64,000 nucleotides of DNA from Chrysomallon squamiferum (lineage: Eukaryota > Animalia > Mollusca). This document shows positions 45,573 through 59,436 of the stretch, in pieces. The notes beneath the pieces are model-generated. The model was not told where the DNA came from. It saw only the letters and a list, made by a program, of their open reading frames with translations, and did not search any database. Position numbers and translations under genes: made by a program. The DNA lies in the NCBI GenBank assembly GCA_012295275.1, contig CM022674.1, positions 4,278,001-4,342,000 on the forward strand, given 5' to 3'. The stretch's first letter is position 1; each line of letters opens with the position of its first letter.

Positions 45573-46277
45573 CAACAACAACAACAATAATAATTTAAAA
45601 AATAGAAGGCTTGTAATATGACCCTTTGCCAACAACAGTTACTCCAGAAATAATTCTAATCATAGCGTCATGTCGTTTTCTTTACATTTGCACTGTAAAC
45701 ACACAGAACAAAAGGCGAAAGCAACAATAGCAGATCGTCCATAGACCACTGTTATTCCACTTAACTCCACACAGAACAGATACTTTCCTAGAACAGGATA
45801 AATATTATTTCATCCTTGTATGTCATCATCTATCGGCAAAGCAAAGGTTAATGTTCTGCAATTTTCAGGTTATTTTGCTTGCTTATAAACAGCACATCAC
45901 AGGACTTTGTGATCGTTTTAAGTTATTTTATGTTAACTCCCGTTCCAACCGGTTTCCTGAGGCTTCTTTCTGAAAGTCTGTGGCAGATGCTTTCGTTTAT
46001 AAAGATTATGGGATTAGAATAATCCTTAAAGTGGTGGATTAACGTATGTATTCGGACTGATAAACATTACTAGTGTAATGTGTTCAGAAGCGGTTAAATA
46101 TGTTTTAGTAACTGATTCCTCGCTTTCTAAGAAAATAGATATGTACGTACGCAAAAGTTTATACAAAAACACATAATTTTATACGTAAGCCAATAAATAA
46201 AACAGACAGACGTTCGTTCAGACAAACATACATATATCTCAAAAAGATCTCTGGTTTATGTCTCATCTATAGATGAA

Positions 46278-46492
<215 letters not shown>

Positions 46493-47781
46493 GTATCTCT
46501 GTTTCTGCCTAACTCTCTCACAGTCTTTCTGTCTCTTACCGCGTGTATATGTTGTATGTATGTTTATAAGGATGTATTATGCATACACACAAATACAGAC
46601 ACACTTAGAGAGGTAGGGATGTCTGTGTATAATGTCTATGCATGGAACGTGCATATGAGTAGTTGTGCGTGTGTGTGTGTTTGTGTGTGTGTGCGTGTCT
46701 GTTCGATCAATACATACATATACATACACATGAAGATATATATATATATATATATAAAAAAAAACAATTAATGTACATACATGGACACACGTAAACACAT
46801 CCATAGACAAAAACAAACATATCAAAACAGAACTCGGTCAATGAACAGAATAAATACAGTGATCTTGTCTGAGAGAGGTAAAAAAACAAAAAAAAAAAAA
46901 AAAAGGTCAATGTGCTGATCAGAGTTAGCCAGGGGTAGTGTCTGCCCCAGAAAAAGAAAAAAAAAAAAAAAATTCTAGGAAGGAATAAGGTGTTCTCATT
47001 ACGCCTACAAGACACAAGACAGTGTCACAAAATCAGCTTCAGTTTTCCCCACTCACTCACATATTTCAAATCGATCATCTAATCCGGGGTTTTCAGTTGA
47101 AACACATCAAAGATGATCTGCTTACTGACTGAATTTCTGCCATAAGCTTCTTTCCTGATTTCAAGTGAGATTAAGATCCAGTCAGGTTAGCAGAAGCAGC
47201 AGCAGCATCTGTTTTTTTTTGAAAAGTGCGTTTCTTCTCTGGTAATTCTTTGTTGAGTTATTCAAGTACAGAGTAATGTATTTGTCATAGATTAATTGAA
47301 GGTGGTGGTTGCTTGATGGATCGTGTCTTTGAAAAAGATATTCTTTATTTTGATTGTTAATATTATCGTTATTGCTATTGTTGTTGTTGTTGTTATTATT
47401 ATTATTGTTATTATTATTTTTATTATTATTATTATTATTATATATATTTTTTTAATTAATAGTAGTAGTAGTAGCAGCAGCAGTAGTAGCAGTACTAGTA
47501 TTAGTAGTATTAGTATTAAAAGTAATAGCATAAGTATTATTAGTATTATTTTTTTGGTAATAGTAATAGTAGTAGTAGTAGAAGTAGTTGTTGTTGTTGT
47601 TGTAGTGCTAGTAATGATGGTAGTGGTGCTAGTTTATACAATTCTGTGGTAAATACTTTTTGGAAAAAGGGATAACTTTCACTAAAATAATGAGATTCTT
47701 CTTGTTGTTGTTTGTTTTTATTAATTAATTTTTATCTTTGTTGTTTAGAAATTTCTCGAAATTACATTTTTTTTTTTTTTT

Positions 47782-48612
47782 CACGAAGATCTTTCCTCGC
47801 GTGGCAATCCTAATTCAGAACTAAAAGTAAACAACATCAATTTTTGTTACATCTTGCTCTAACTGTCGGTACACAGCTGTATTGAGCCATGCGTCAACCG
47901 TCATATCTGGAGGTGTTTAGAATTATTTCGAAAGTCCAGAAGGTCGTAAACATGTTTGTGTAAATTGTTTAACAGATATCTCGGTCTCAAGTCATTTTCT
48001 CAAACCAACAAATCTTTTACGCTGGAATTACATTCCAGAAGATTTCCAATGAACAACGAACGCAGAGATATATAAAGAAATCATTTCTCTGTGAAACGTT
48101 GACATTTCTCGCAATCTTTGATACATCTTACCGCATAGTTGACGTTTTTGCATCACACCTAGAATCTACATACAGTGATGATTTTTGGCACATTTCCCCC
48201 AAATCATTTGATTCAGAAATACGCCTTAATGACCTCTCTGACCCTTTGTGTCTATTAAACGTTCAATGAAGCTTAAAATACGTACTAGTTGTAGAGTTGT
48301 AGAAATTTTGGACCCCTTCCTCTGCATATAGTGACTTTTGTGAGTAACCCATCCACATTAACCAGGCATATGTGAACAGCAATGACCAATACTAACGGCT
48401 GTATTTCTTTCCCATTATTCCACTTAATTTCACGCTGGAAAATGAAGGTTTTTTTTCTAGAACTCAGTAAATATTATTTCATTCTGGTGTGTAAAGTTAA
48501 TTACCATTACAATACGATGTCTTCTTTGCACTGTATTTTCATTCTACACAAATGCAGAGTTCATTTTTATTTCTGTGTCCGTGTAGATGTGTGTGTGTGT
48601 GTGTGTGCGTGT

Positions 48613-48654
<42 letters not shown>

Positions 48655-48847
48655 TGTATATCTGTATGTATGTATGTATGTATGTAGTATGTATGTATGT
48701 ATGTATATATGTATGTATGTATATATATATATGTTTTATGTATGTATGTATTATGTATGTATGTATGTATGAATGTATGTATGTATGTCTGTCTGTATGT
48801 ATGTATGTATGTATATATGTATGTATATATGTATTTTGGTATATATG

Positions 48848-48886
<39 letters not shown>

Positions 48887-49650
48887 CGATTAATATATTT
48901 CTGACTAAAGAATTACCTTTTCATTTTTTTTCACGAAAACCTTCGGAATTAAAAATACAAAAATATCTGTTTGGTTACACTTTGCTCTAACTGTCAATAC
49001 ATGCCACACGTCAACCGTCACCTTTGTATATATTTAGAATCATTTCCAATGTCTAAAATGTCATATGTGTGCGTGTATGTGTGCGTGTATGTGTGTGTGT
49101 GTGTGTGTGTATTTATATGTAAATATATATACACTATGTGTCTGTGTTTTTTATGTATGTATGTATGTATATATATGTATGTATGTATGTATGTACGTAT
49201 ATATGTATGTATATATGTATGTATATACGTATGTTTTATGTATGTATGTATGTATATATGTATGTTTTATGTATGTATGTATGTAACGATTAACAGGTTT
49301 CTGACTAAAGAATTACCTTTTCATTTTTTTCACGAAGACCTTGGAAATTTAACTATACGTTGCGTGGAGATCCTAATTCAGAATTAAAATATAAAAATAA
49401 CTGTTTGGTTACACCTTGCTCTAACTGTCAACCGTCACCTTTGTATATATTTAGAATCATTTCCAAAGTCTAAAAGGTCATATGTGTGTGTGTGTATGTG
49501 TGTGTGTGTCTGTGTGTGTGTATTTATATGTAAATATATATACAGTATGTGTGTGTGTGTTTTATGTATGTATGTATGTATGAATGTATCTATGTATGTA
49601 TGTATGTATGTATGTATGTATGTATGTATGTATATATGTATGTATGTGTG

Positions 49651-49684
<34 letters not shown>

Positions 49685-49710
49685 TGTATGTATGTATGTA
49701 TGTATGTATG
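47782..49710. repeat. Three-copy local duplication of a 150-180 bp unique block interleaved with (TATG)n
   Basis: cacgaa...ttgctctaactgtc...tcaaccgtca...tttagaat block at about 47782-47963, 48931-49070 and 49331-49490; gtaacgattaa...ctgactaaagaattacctttt shared at 48882 and 49283. Confidence 0.85.
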
Positions 49711-49948
49711 TGCATTCTTATGTGTTTTTTTTTTTTTCTTCACATCAGATCAACACATATATTTATGACCATCAGCTTTCCTTTTGTCCGTTTAAGACGC
49801 CTGGAGCCTATACCAAATATCTAATTATTTACTAGAAATGATATTTTCAAAACGAATTTGATACACCCAAGACGTTAAGCTGCCTGGAGTCACATCTGGA
49901 AACAAAATTTTTTATCTGATAAAAAAACAAAAGTCAAAAACAATTTTT

Positions 49949-49992
<44 letters not shown>

Positions 49993-50743
49993 AAAGAAAA
50001 CACTTAAAAACAAACAGCCAAATCGTGTTCTGATTCGAACTCTTGTTAATCACACAGGGAATGGAACGTGGCTATCAGCTTACGTTTCGTGCAGAGCAGT
50101 GACGAAACCGTTTATGACAAGGAAATAAAGTGTTTTTGAAGATCCCGAAATTGGTTCTCCCGCGGAATGGTCGAAAACACGACAAAAACACGACACAAAA
50201 AAAACCACAGGCGTCAAAAATAACGTCGTCACCGGAGGAAGAGACACCGAATATGAGATACGTGACTCAATCGCCAGGCTCCGTGACTGTCGTTGTAAAT
50301 GTTTCCACCAGTCAAAACGAATGATCGGTTTCCATGGTTATTTCTATCGAGCAGTGTACTTAATTCACATTCCGTTATTAAGACAGAACTACGTAGATTT
50401 GATTGTAACTGTTTAACTGTTTACAAAAAGCCGAAAAAAAAAAAAAAAAAATATATATAGAAATAAAATTACAAGAAAAAAAAGAAAAAAAAATATTACG
50501 CAAATCTCTTTGCGTGGTTTTAAACGTAATTAACAAAGAGTATTTTAGAAAATCATAACAAAACCAGTTTTCATGAAAATGCGTACATCGGTTTGTGTAT
50601 TTACGTGCTGTGTGGTGGATATTAACGAATGGATACGTAAAATAGATTGTAACAGTTTGTGACCTACGTAAAAAGAGTGTATAACCGTATTCCTTGTCTT
50701 CAGAACTGTGGTTAACGACTTCTCACGTTTAAAACGTTAAACA

Positions 50744-50814
<71 letters not shown>

Positions 50815-51448
50815 AAGAAGAATAACGGATTATATCTTGAACAAAGGATATGGTGAAGAATTGAGTGTTCTTTGACAGAATGTGACTGAGAATAAAGAAA
50901 AAAAAAAAAGTTGTACTTCTTGCTGGTAGTAAGGTAAGTTTTTGTTTAATATAATGAGCCTGTTATTGTTATTCATTACATTTGTTTGTTAATAACAATA
51001 ATAATAACAATCATAATAAAAATAATAGTAATAATAATAATAATAATGATGATGATGATAATAATAATACATATGCGATTATCTATGTATATTATTATTT
51101 ACGTAGGTCTTTATCTATCCATCCATCCATACTGTTTGTCTGACTGTCTATCTGTATGGTTGTTTGTCTGTCTATGCGTACACACACCCAGTATGTGTAT
51201 CCTTGTGTATGTGTGCATGTATGCATGCATGAATATGTGCACATTGCAGAATGATGACAGAGTAACGTAATTAAAGAACCATTTGATTTCGCACAAAATA
51301 TCTTTACATAATAAAAACAAGATTTATTTATTTATTATTCATTTGAGTATTACTGTCCTTGTTATGCTTCTGTGTACTATTTGTTGGTGATTTGTATTCT
51401 ATTTATTTATTTATTTATTTATTTATATGTCTATTTATTTATTTATTC

Positions 51449-51501
<53 letters not shown>

Positions 51502-51508
51502 TTTCTAT

Positions 51509-51553
<45 letters not shown>

Positions 51554-51644
51554 TTTACTTATTTATTTATTTATTTATTTGTATATTTATTTAATTTTTT
51601 TGTCTATTTATTTATTTATTTATATATTAATTTATTTATTTTTT

Positions 51645-51688
<44 letters not shown>

Positions 51689-52209
51689 ATAATCCGTGTA
51701 TGCATGCAGAATTCAAATTGAACTGGATCTAACTTTTATTATTTTTCTATTCCTTCTATAATTTATTTCCACTCGGTTTTTAATTCGCTATCTTCTAAAA
51801 CAAGGCATTTGTATCAATTCTGAAAACTTCCCAAACCATTAACCTTGAATACAACCGATCCGTTGTTGAAATAAAACGGAAGGCAATCCGCAAATTCGTG
51901 ATTTCTCTTCGCATATTACTTTACTCTCTGTTGAATATCCTTGCAAACTGTCCTCTGGCACGCAGATCTTCACTTTAGGTAAAAGAATGAGAAGAAGAAG
52001 AAGAAGAAGAAACAAACAGAGGTAGAATTGATCTACGGGCAAAGATTCAATGGGTTTCCAAACACGCATGTCTAAGCAAAGGAATATCTCATGAAAGGTC
52101 TGAAACGGTTTTTAATGTATTTATGTATGTATGTATGTATGTATGTATGTATGTGTATGTGTGTGTGTATGTATGTATGTATGTATGTATGTATGTATGT
52201 ATGTATGTA

Positions 52210-52240
<31 letters not shown>

Positions 52241-52501
52241 ATGTATGTATGTATGTATGTATGTATGAATGAAACAGAATTTTGAGTATCTGTATCGTTA
52301 TGTTGAAAACGATGATGATGATAATAATGATGATGGTATGGTGATGGTGATGGTAATACTACTACTACTACTACTATTATAATAATAGTACTACACAATA
52401 GCAATAAAAAACAAGAAAAATTAAAATTAAAATTAAAACTGAAATTAAATAAAAATACATTTTTAATAAATAAATAAATGTATAAAAAAAATAAAAAAAA
52501 A

Positions 52502-52532
<31 letters not shown>

Positions 52533-52567
52533 AATAAATAATTAAATAAATAAAATAAATAAACAAA

Positions 52568-52602
<35 letters not shown>

Positions 52603-52936
52603 ATACGGAAATAAGTACAGATTCCACATACTATAACATTAATGAACTGTTCTTTAATTGGTCTGAAAAAACAAAAACAATCAAAATAAAAGAAATCAGA
52701 TGTCCCTTTCACTTTGTAAGCATGCTAGGAACCGCCTTCATGCCAGTGTAAACGAATAAAACGGAATCTTTCAAAGCAAAAAGGTTGAAGCACAAGTTTA
52801 ATACATAAAGACTCGGACACCGGAAATCGGTTTTAATATCTCGCCGGTTGTGACGTCATACGCTGGCTCTGTGTCAGCGCCTGAGAGATTGATGATTTTG
52901 AATCACGCCAACGTGAATTTTAATCATTAAAGTTTC

Positions 52937-52973
52937 AAAAAAAAAAAAAAAAAAAGAAGAAAAAAAAAAAAGG

Positions 52974-53022
<49 letters not shown>
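52937..53022 (+). repeat. Long poly(A)-rich tract
   Basis: About 86 nt, almost entirely A. Confidence 0.85.
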
Positions 53023-53024
<2 letters not shown>

Positions 53025-53181
53025 GAAGGAAACAAAATTATAAAATAATATGATAGAAAAAAGGGCTTTATTTTTCGTTCTTAGTTGTTGTTTTTTTTAA
53101 ATTAAATTCTTTTTTAATTATATCTATATCTAAAACTGTATCTATATCTGTATCTAACTATCTATCTATATATCTATCTAC

Positions 53182-53215
<34 letters not shown>

Positions 53216-54283
53216 TTCTATCTATCTATCTGTCTGTCTATCTATCTGTCTATCTATTTATCTATCTATCTATATTTCTTTATTATTATTTTTATTTATT
53301 TATTTTATTTCATTCTTTTTGTTTACTGCTCTAGTTCAGAACAGATTTCCAATAAAACGAAGTAAAAGAAAGTATAAGCAAATAAAACGAAATACAGATC
53401 AATTACTAACAACACCTCCTAGCCAGTACATATCTACCCCCCCCCCCCCCTCACAAAAAAAAAAAAAAAAAAAATAAAGGGAATAAAAAGCACTTCTTTA
53501 ATAAAGTCTCGATTTACATAATTGTTATTTTGAAATTATTTCATACTGTACTATACCTCGCGAGTCACGAAACAGGATTTAAAAAAAAAAAAAAAGAAAA
53601 GACAGATAGATCACTGGTGAGATCATAGATGTTGTAAAAATAACATTAGCCAGTTCCAGCAGAGACACATAATACGTTTTAAGAATTTAAATTAGAAAAA
53701 CAAAATATCTGCTTACAAGCGAGATGAGGCACGTCACGGAATAACGTGGTATGGGGTTAAGAATCTCCGTATAATTCTGGAACCAGTAATTTGTTACCTC
53801 AGGACAATTGAATTGGCATTAAACTGGGTCAACGTTTGTCAGAGCTGAGATGAATAAACTGGATAGAATGAATCGACGAGTGAGGAATGAAAGACAGAAA
53901 GAAAAAATTAAAGAAGGAAGGAAAGAAAGAAAAAAACATGAGTGTAGCTGAAAGTATAAACAGCGTTATCATTATCTTTATAAATCTTTTTATATTCTTT
54001 GGTTATTATTTTGTTTCTTTGTTTTCTCCCCTTTTTATCATCATCTTACTTACATCATCATCATCATCATTATTATCATCATCGCTGTAATTTGTATCAT
54101 ATTATTGTTATAATCATTACGTCATTGTTATTATGATAATTATAATCGTCATCATTATTATCATTTTAATTGTTACCATAGAAATCATCATGATCATTAA
54201 CATTTGTAGTTACCAGTACCGTTATTTTCATGGTATTTCGTTGCTGTTATTTTCACAATCTACTCTTTGTTTCTGAATGAAAC

Positions 54284-54395
<112 letters not shown>

Positions 54396-55965
54396 TTTTA
54401 CGGTCTCGAAATTCGAAACTAACAAGTTTACAAACCAACCGTTGCATGAAAAATAAAACGCATTGACTGACTGGATCATTATATCTACAGCACCGAGGCC
54501 TCTGTCATCTTTCGCTGATTTGATTCCGAACGGCACAAACATACGCCAAGCATTTTTCCCGATCTATCATTTAGATAAGTGTTATCGATTTAATTTGCAT
54601 GATTCATTTGAATCCGTCAATAGCCAAAGTACTTAATCATACACACTGAAAATGTAACCCAGATTTCCAATGTTCTCGGAGACTTCGTTCGCTCTGTTGA
54701 ATTTAAATAGGTTAATTCGGCTTAGCTTCTAACGTAGGCAGAATGCTGGGTGTTCTAGATGCTGCTGCTGATGATGATGATAATGAAGATAATAATAACA
54801 ACAACAACAACAACAACAATAACTATAGTAATAATAATAATACTTGTGATGATAATGATGACGGTAAATAACAACAGTAACAACAACAATAACGACGACG
54901 ACTGTAAGAATAACATTAATTCTTTGTCATCGAAATCGTTATTACTGCAATTGTTGAGTTGTTTTTGTTGTTGTTGCTGCTGTTGTTGTTGTTTCAGTAG
55001 TAGAAACAAAAAGAAATTGTAGTATTAACAGTATTTCTGCAAAACATTACATGGTAACACAAGTTATCGTTGTGAATTTAGTACCGTGAGAATACTTATA
55101 TCTCTATATCTCTATAAATATATCTTTCTATCTATTTATTTATCTGTCTCTCTATCTGTATGTCTGTCTGTCTGTCTGTCTATCTATCCATCCATCCATC
55201 CATCCATCCATCCATCCATCCATCAATCCATCTATCTATCTCTCTATCTATCTATCTGTCTATCTATCTATCTATCTGTCTGTCTGTCTGTCTTTTTGTC
55301 TGTCTGTCTGTCTCTCTGTCTGTGATCGTCTATCTATTTGTCTATCTTTCAATTTATCTATCAATATCTATCAAACTATATTTCTATCTATCTATCAATC
55401 TATCTATCTATCTATATCAATCTATCTGTCTGGCTGTCTGTCTGTGTCTATCTGTCTTTCTATCTATCCGTTTATCTTTTTGTATCTGTCTATCTGTCTG
55501 TCTATCTATCTATTTATCTATCTATCGATATATTTGGTGATGATGATGAATATAATAACAGTAGTAATATTTTGACGATAGATTATTACATTTTAATGTT
55601 AAGCAGAGTATATTAGTTAATAAAACAATGATGCTGACACAAATGTCTCGGAATAGCACATCTAAATTACAATAACAATTATTCTAATGACTTGTGTATA
55701 CACATTTACACATACTGATGCACACAGACACGTACACTCAGAAACATACATACATTCATAAACACAAATATACACACTTATATATACACAATCATGCGCA
55801 ACTGCATACACATACACAAATATAAGACTGAACAATATAAATAATAATAATAATAATAACAACAACAAAAACAACAACAACAACAACAACAACATTAATA
55901 ACAATACATTTTCATTCCGATGAAATTTCTTTTCTTTTCTTTCCTTTTTAAAGATATATATATAT

Positions 55966-55996
<31 letters not shown>

Positions 55997-56765
55997 ACAA
56001 CTTTTAACTGTCATAATCATAATTCCTTTATTTTCGTCATTGTTTACGTTAGAATTTAACTCCAGCAAACCTGACTATAATTATATTTTGCTTTTTGGAA
56101 ACGAAGAATTCTGTTTTAAAAAATAACAAAACGATCAGGTCAGTTCAGAATATTTCGCTGTTAAGCACTCGCACCAATTTACACTAAACCAGTGCAGTTA
56201 CTAGTAGCAGACAGCAGCAACATTTTATTAATCGTTTTTTATTTATTTGCTTTTCAAATTCATTCGGCGTCGTTTAATCGATGAATGTTCGTCATTCTAA
56301 TGATCCATTATTGAGGAAACATCCGCCATTTGCTCAGTGGTGGCGTACTTGAAGCGTATATTACGACAAAACTAATTAAGGTGTCGTATATACACATCGT
56401 TAGAATAATTGTTATTGGTACGTTAGTCGCGCTATTAACAGACATAAAAAAGTTATATTTGTTTTTGTACCGGTTCCATTTTTAGATTAGTTTTTGCATA
56501 ATGAAAATCGATTAAAATAAAATAGTTAGTTTTGTGTATGTTGTTTTGTTTATTTTTTTTTTTTTTTTTTTTTTTTGTTTGGGGTTTTTTTTTTTTTTTT
56601 TTTTTTTTCAACAGTATTTTTTATTGATTATAATTATTATTGGGTTTTTTTTTTTTTTTACATTTTGCAGTAAATTCTCTGCTTAATTTCTCAAAGAAAA
56701 ATAAATAAAAAAAAAAAAAAAAATAAAATAAAATAAAAAAAAAAAAATAAATAAAAATAAATTTA

Positions 56766-56820
<55 letters not shown>

Positions 56821-57204
56821 AAACAACAAAAAAATAAAAATACCTGACTGTTGCAGTGACATTGGCGATAATGCCGGTTCAGGAATTCAATTTGCCTGTT
56901 TGAAAGAAAGAACAGAAATACATCAATTTATTATAATTTTTTTCTTGTTTTCCATTATTGTTGTTATTGTCTTTCATCTTCTTCTTCTTCTTCTTCTTCT
57001 TATTATTATTATTATTAGTAGTAGTATTAGTATTATTATTATTATTAGTAGTAGTATAATAGTAGTAGTAGTAGTAGTGGTAGTAGTAGTAATAGTAGTT
57101 GTTGTCCTTGTTGTTGTTGTGGCAGTGCTAGTGGTTATATTCTTAGGTGGATTTTATTGTTTTTTCTATTTTTGATCTTCCTGGTTTTTCACTTCTTCTT
57201 CTTC

Positions 57205-57269
<65 letters not shown>

Positions 57270-57381
57270 TTCAGATTCAAACCTCGAAATATATGAAGAT
57301 GGACAAATAAAAAAAGAAAAAAGAAAAAAAGAAAGCTGGTTTATCAAAATAAGTTTAATCAATTAAGTGAAAGCTTGTTTC

Positions 57382-57395
57382 GTTGCCATGGATAC
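57382..57395. promoter_or_regulatory. RFX X-box motif overlapping the GPCR start codon
   Basis: GTTGCCATGGATAC; the central ATG is the initiator codon. Confidence 0.4.
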
Positions 57396-58545
57396 TAACT
57401 CAACTAGTGTTAATTTCTCCGAATCTGTTATCGAAGAAAGGACGAGCCTGATAAATATGATAGTTCCACCCATTTTAATTGTCATCGGCAACGTGTTCAA
57501 CGTACTAGCCATTCTGATCATGCGCAGTCGCTATTTCCGCACCTTATCCACTTCCGTTTTCATGACAGCCTGCGCAGTTAACGACGCAACGAGTCTGCTG
57601 GTATCTCTGTCGTCTCATTGGCTGTCGGTGAACTTCCCCCAGGCTCTCATTCGAACGGAATACTCGCACTACATGTGCAAGTTCTTCAACTTTTACGGCT
57701 GGGGCAATTGCGATTTCAGTATTATCGTCACCATGGCAATGACGGCGGACCGCGCCTTCGCCATCATGTACCCGCTGAAAGCGTCGTCTGCCGACACGAG
57801 AAAGCGCGCGAAAATTGTTCTAGTGATAATTTCGTTCGTGGTGATTAGCAAAGAATTCCACTTCTGCTTCTCGTCCGACATGGTGGAAGCGGGCAGGAAG
57901 GACCGAATGTGCGACGTGTTTCCTCCGACCCAGACGTACTTCTTCTTCTACAAGGAGGTCTGGCCGTGGATACACATCAGCTTCCTCACCGTCTGCTTCG
58001 TCATCATCATCGCCAGCAACTGCGTCATCATCCGCAGCATTCGCAAGTCCAGCAGCAGCAGCCGGTCGCTGAAAGGGTCGTTCATCTCGAAGAGTCGGCG
58101 AGCGACGGAGTTCCCGCAGAAGTTCTCGTCGAGGTCGAATACGAAATGGCGGCAGACGGCGATGATGCTGCTCACGGAATCCTTCACGCTGTTGCTGCTG
58201 ACGTATCCGTTCTCCGTGCACCTGGCCGTGACTCTGAAGATGCCTCGGAGCGAAGCCGACAGGCATGACGAAGCTCTGAACACGTTCGTGTTCTCCATCG
58301 TTTTCTATCTCTTGTACTCGAACAAATGCGTCAATTTTTGCCTCTACTTCTCGACCGGGTCGCGGTTTCGACAGGCATTGTGGGAAGTCCTGAAATGCAA
58401 CCGGACTCTGAAGCCTTTCCACACGAACTACTCTGTGCCGTCTAGACTTGCTAATGTCAGTTCTGAAGGGGATATATGTAATTCTTCAAGTTCCCACACG
58501 GCTGATGATGATCAAAGGAATGATGAAAACTCATCTTACGTTTAA
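57388..58545 (+). CDS. Intronless class A (rhodopsin-like) 7TM GPCR, orphan peptide-receptor-like (FMRFamide/sex-peptide-receptor-like invertebrate group), 385 aa
   Basis: ATG in GCCATGG context at 57388, TAA ending 58545. N-terminal N-glycosylation sequons (NST, NFS), seven hydrophobic segments, TM1 GNVFN, TM2 AVND, Cys at the top of TM3 (MCKF) and in ECL2 (MCDV), TM3 MTADRAFAIMYPL (DRY variant), TM7 NKCVNFCLY followed by GSRFR helix 8. GC-rich relative to flanks. Candidate acceptor TTTCAG at 57269-57274 suggests an upstream 5'UTR intron. Confidence 0.95.
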   Translation: MDTNSTSVNFSESVIEERTSLINMIVPPILIVIGNVFNVLAILIMRSRYFRTLSTSVFMTACAVNDATSLLVSLSSHWLSVNFPQALIRTEYSHYMCKFFNFYGWGNCDFSIIVTMAMTADRAFAIMYPLKASSADTRKRAKIVLVIISFVVISKEFHFCFSSDMVEAGRKDRMCDVFPPTQTYFFFYKEVWPWIHISFLTVCFVIIIASNCVIIRSIRKSSSSSRSLKGSFISKSRRATEFPQKFSSRSNTKWRQTAMMLLTESFTLLLLTYPFSVHLAVTLKMPRSEADRHDEALNTFVFSIVFYLLYSNKCVNFCLYFSTGSRFRQALWEVLKCNRTLKPFHTNYSVPSRLANVSSEGDICNSSSSHTADDDQRNDENSSYV

Positions 58546-58649
58546 AATGACCAAAGCAAGTCTATGTCGATTTTATTTTCCTTTTTATTTTTCTTTCTGT
58601 GGGTTTTGTTCATCTTTGTACATTCTTCTTTTTATTATTTTTTTTTTCA

Positions 58650-58683
<34 letters not shown>

Positions 58684-58749
58684 GTTATTATCATTGTTTC
58701 TTTTTTTCATTTTAATTTGAATTTCAAGATAAATTTAACAACCGTTAAA

Positions 58750-58805
<56 letters not shown>

Positions 58806-59404
58806 ATAATAATAATAAATATATTTTGTAGAAATGAGAAGCAGTTTGTGACGTCATAATGTAATATTATTTCTAATACTTCCTTCACTCTTCATTGTTT
58901 TAAATTTTTCTTTTTCAGAAAAACACAATAAAACGTATATAATGATTTCACTTTCGGTTCTTATGAGTTTTGTGTTTTTCAGATAGAAAATGAGAAAGGG
59001 AGATATGAGAAAAATAAAACAATAAAAAAATAGAAAAATAATGAGTAAGAGACAGAGAGACACAAAAAGAAAGACAGAGAGAAATAGATAGATAGATACA
59101 AAGAGAAAGACAGAGAAAAATATATAGATATATACAGAGAGAAAGACAGACAAGAAAGAATGAATCTGTTATAAAGACAAACTGATAGATATATAGGCCC
59201 AGATAGATGAATTTAAAAAACGTATATGTGTGTGTCTTTGTGTGTATGTGTGTGTGTTTTGTGTGTGTGTGTACGCATGTATATACGTGTGTGTGTGTGT
59301 CGAGATTTTAATTCTTAAAATGTCCCTCTCTCTCTTTATCTCTGAACGTGCGTGTGTATGAGTATACTTATTTATTTATTTAGTTTACGGGGGTGTATCT
59401 CTTC

Positions 59405-59436
<32 letters not shown>

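Noticed and set aside
57820-58422. 200-aa antisense ORF and other alternate-frame ORFs over the class A GPCR
   Set aside because: Shadow ORFs caused by the GC-rich codon usage of the real gene; no recognisable domain.
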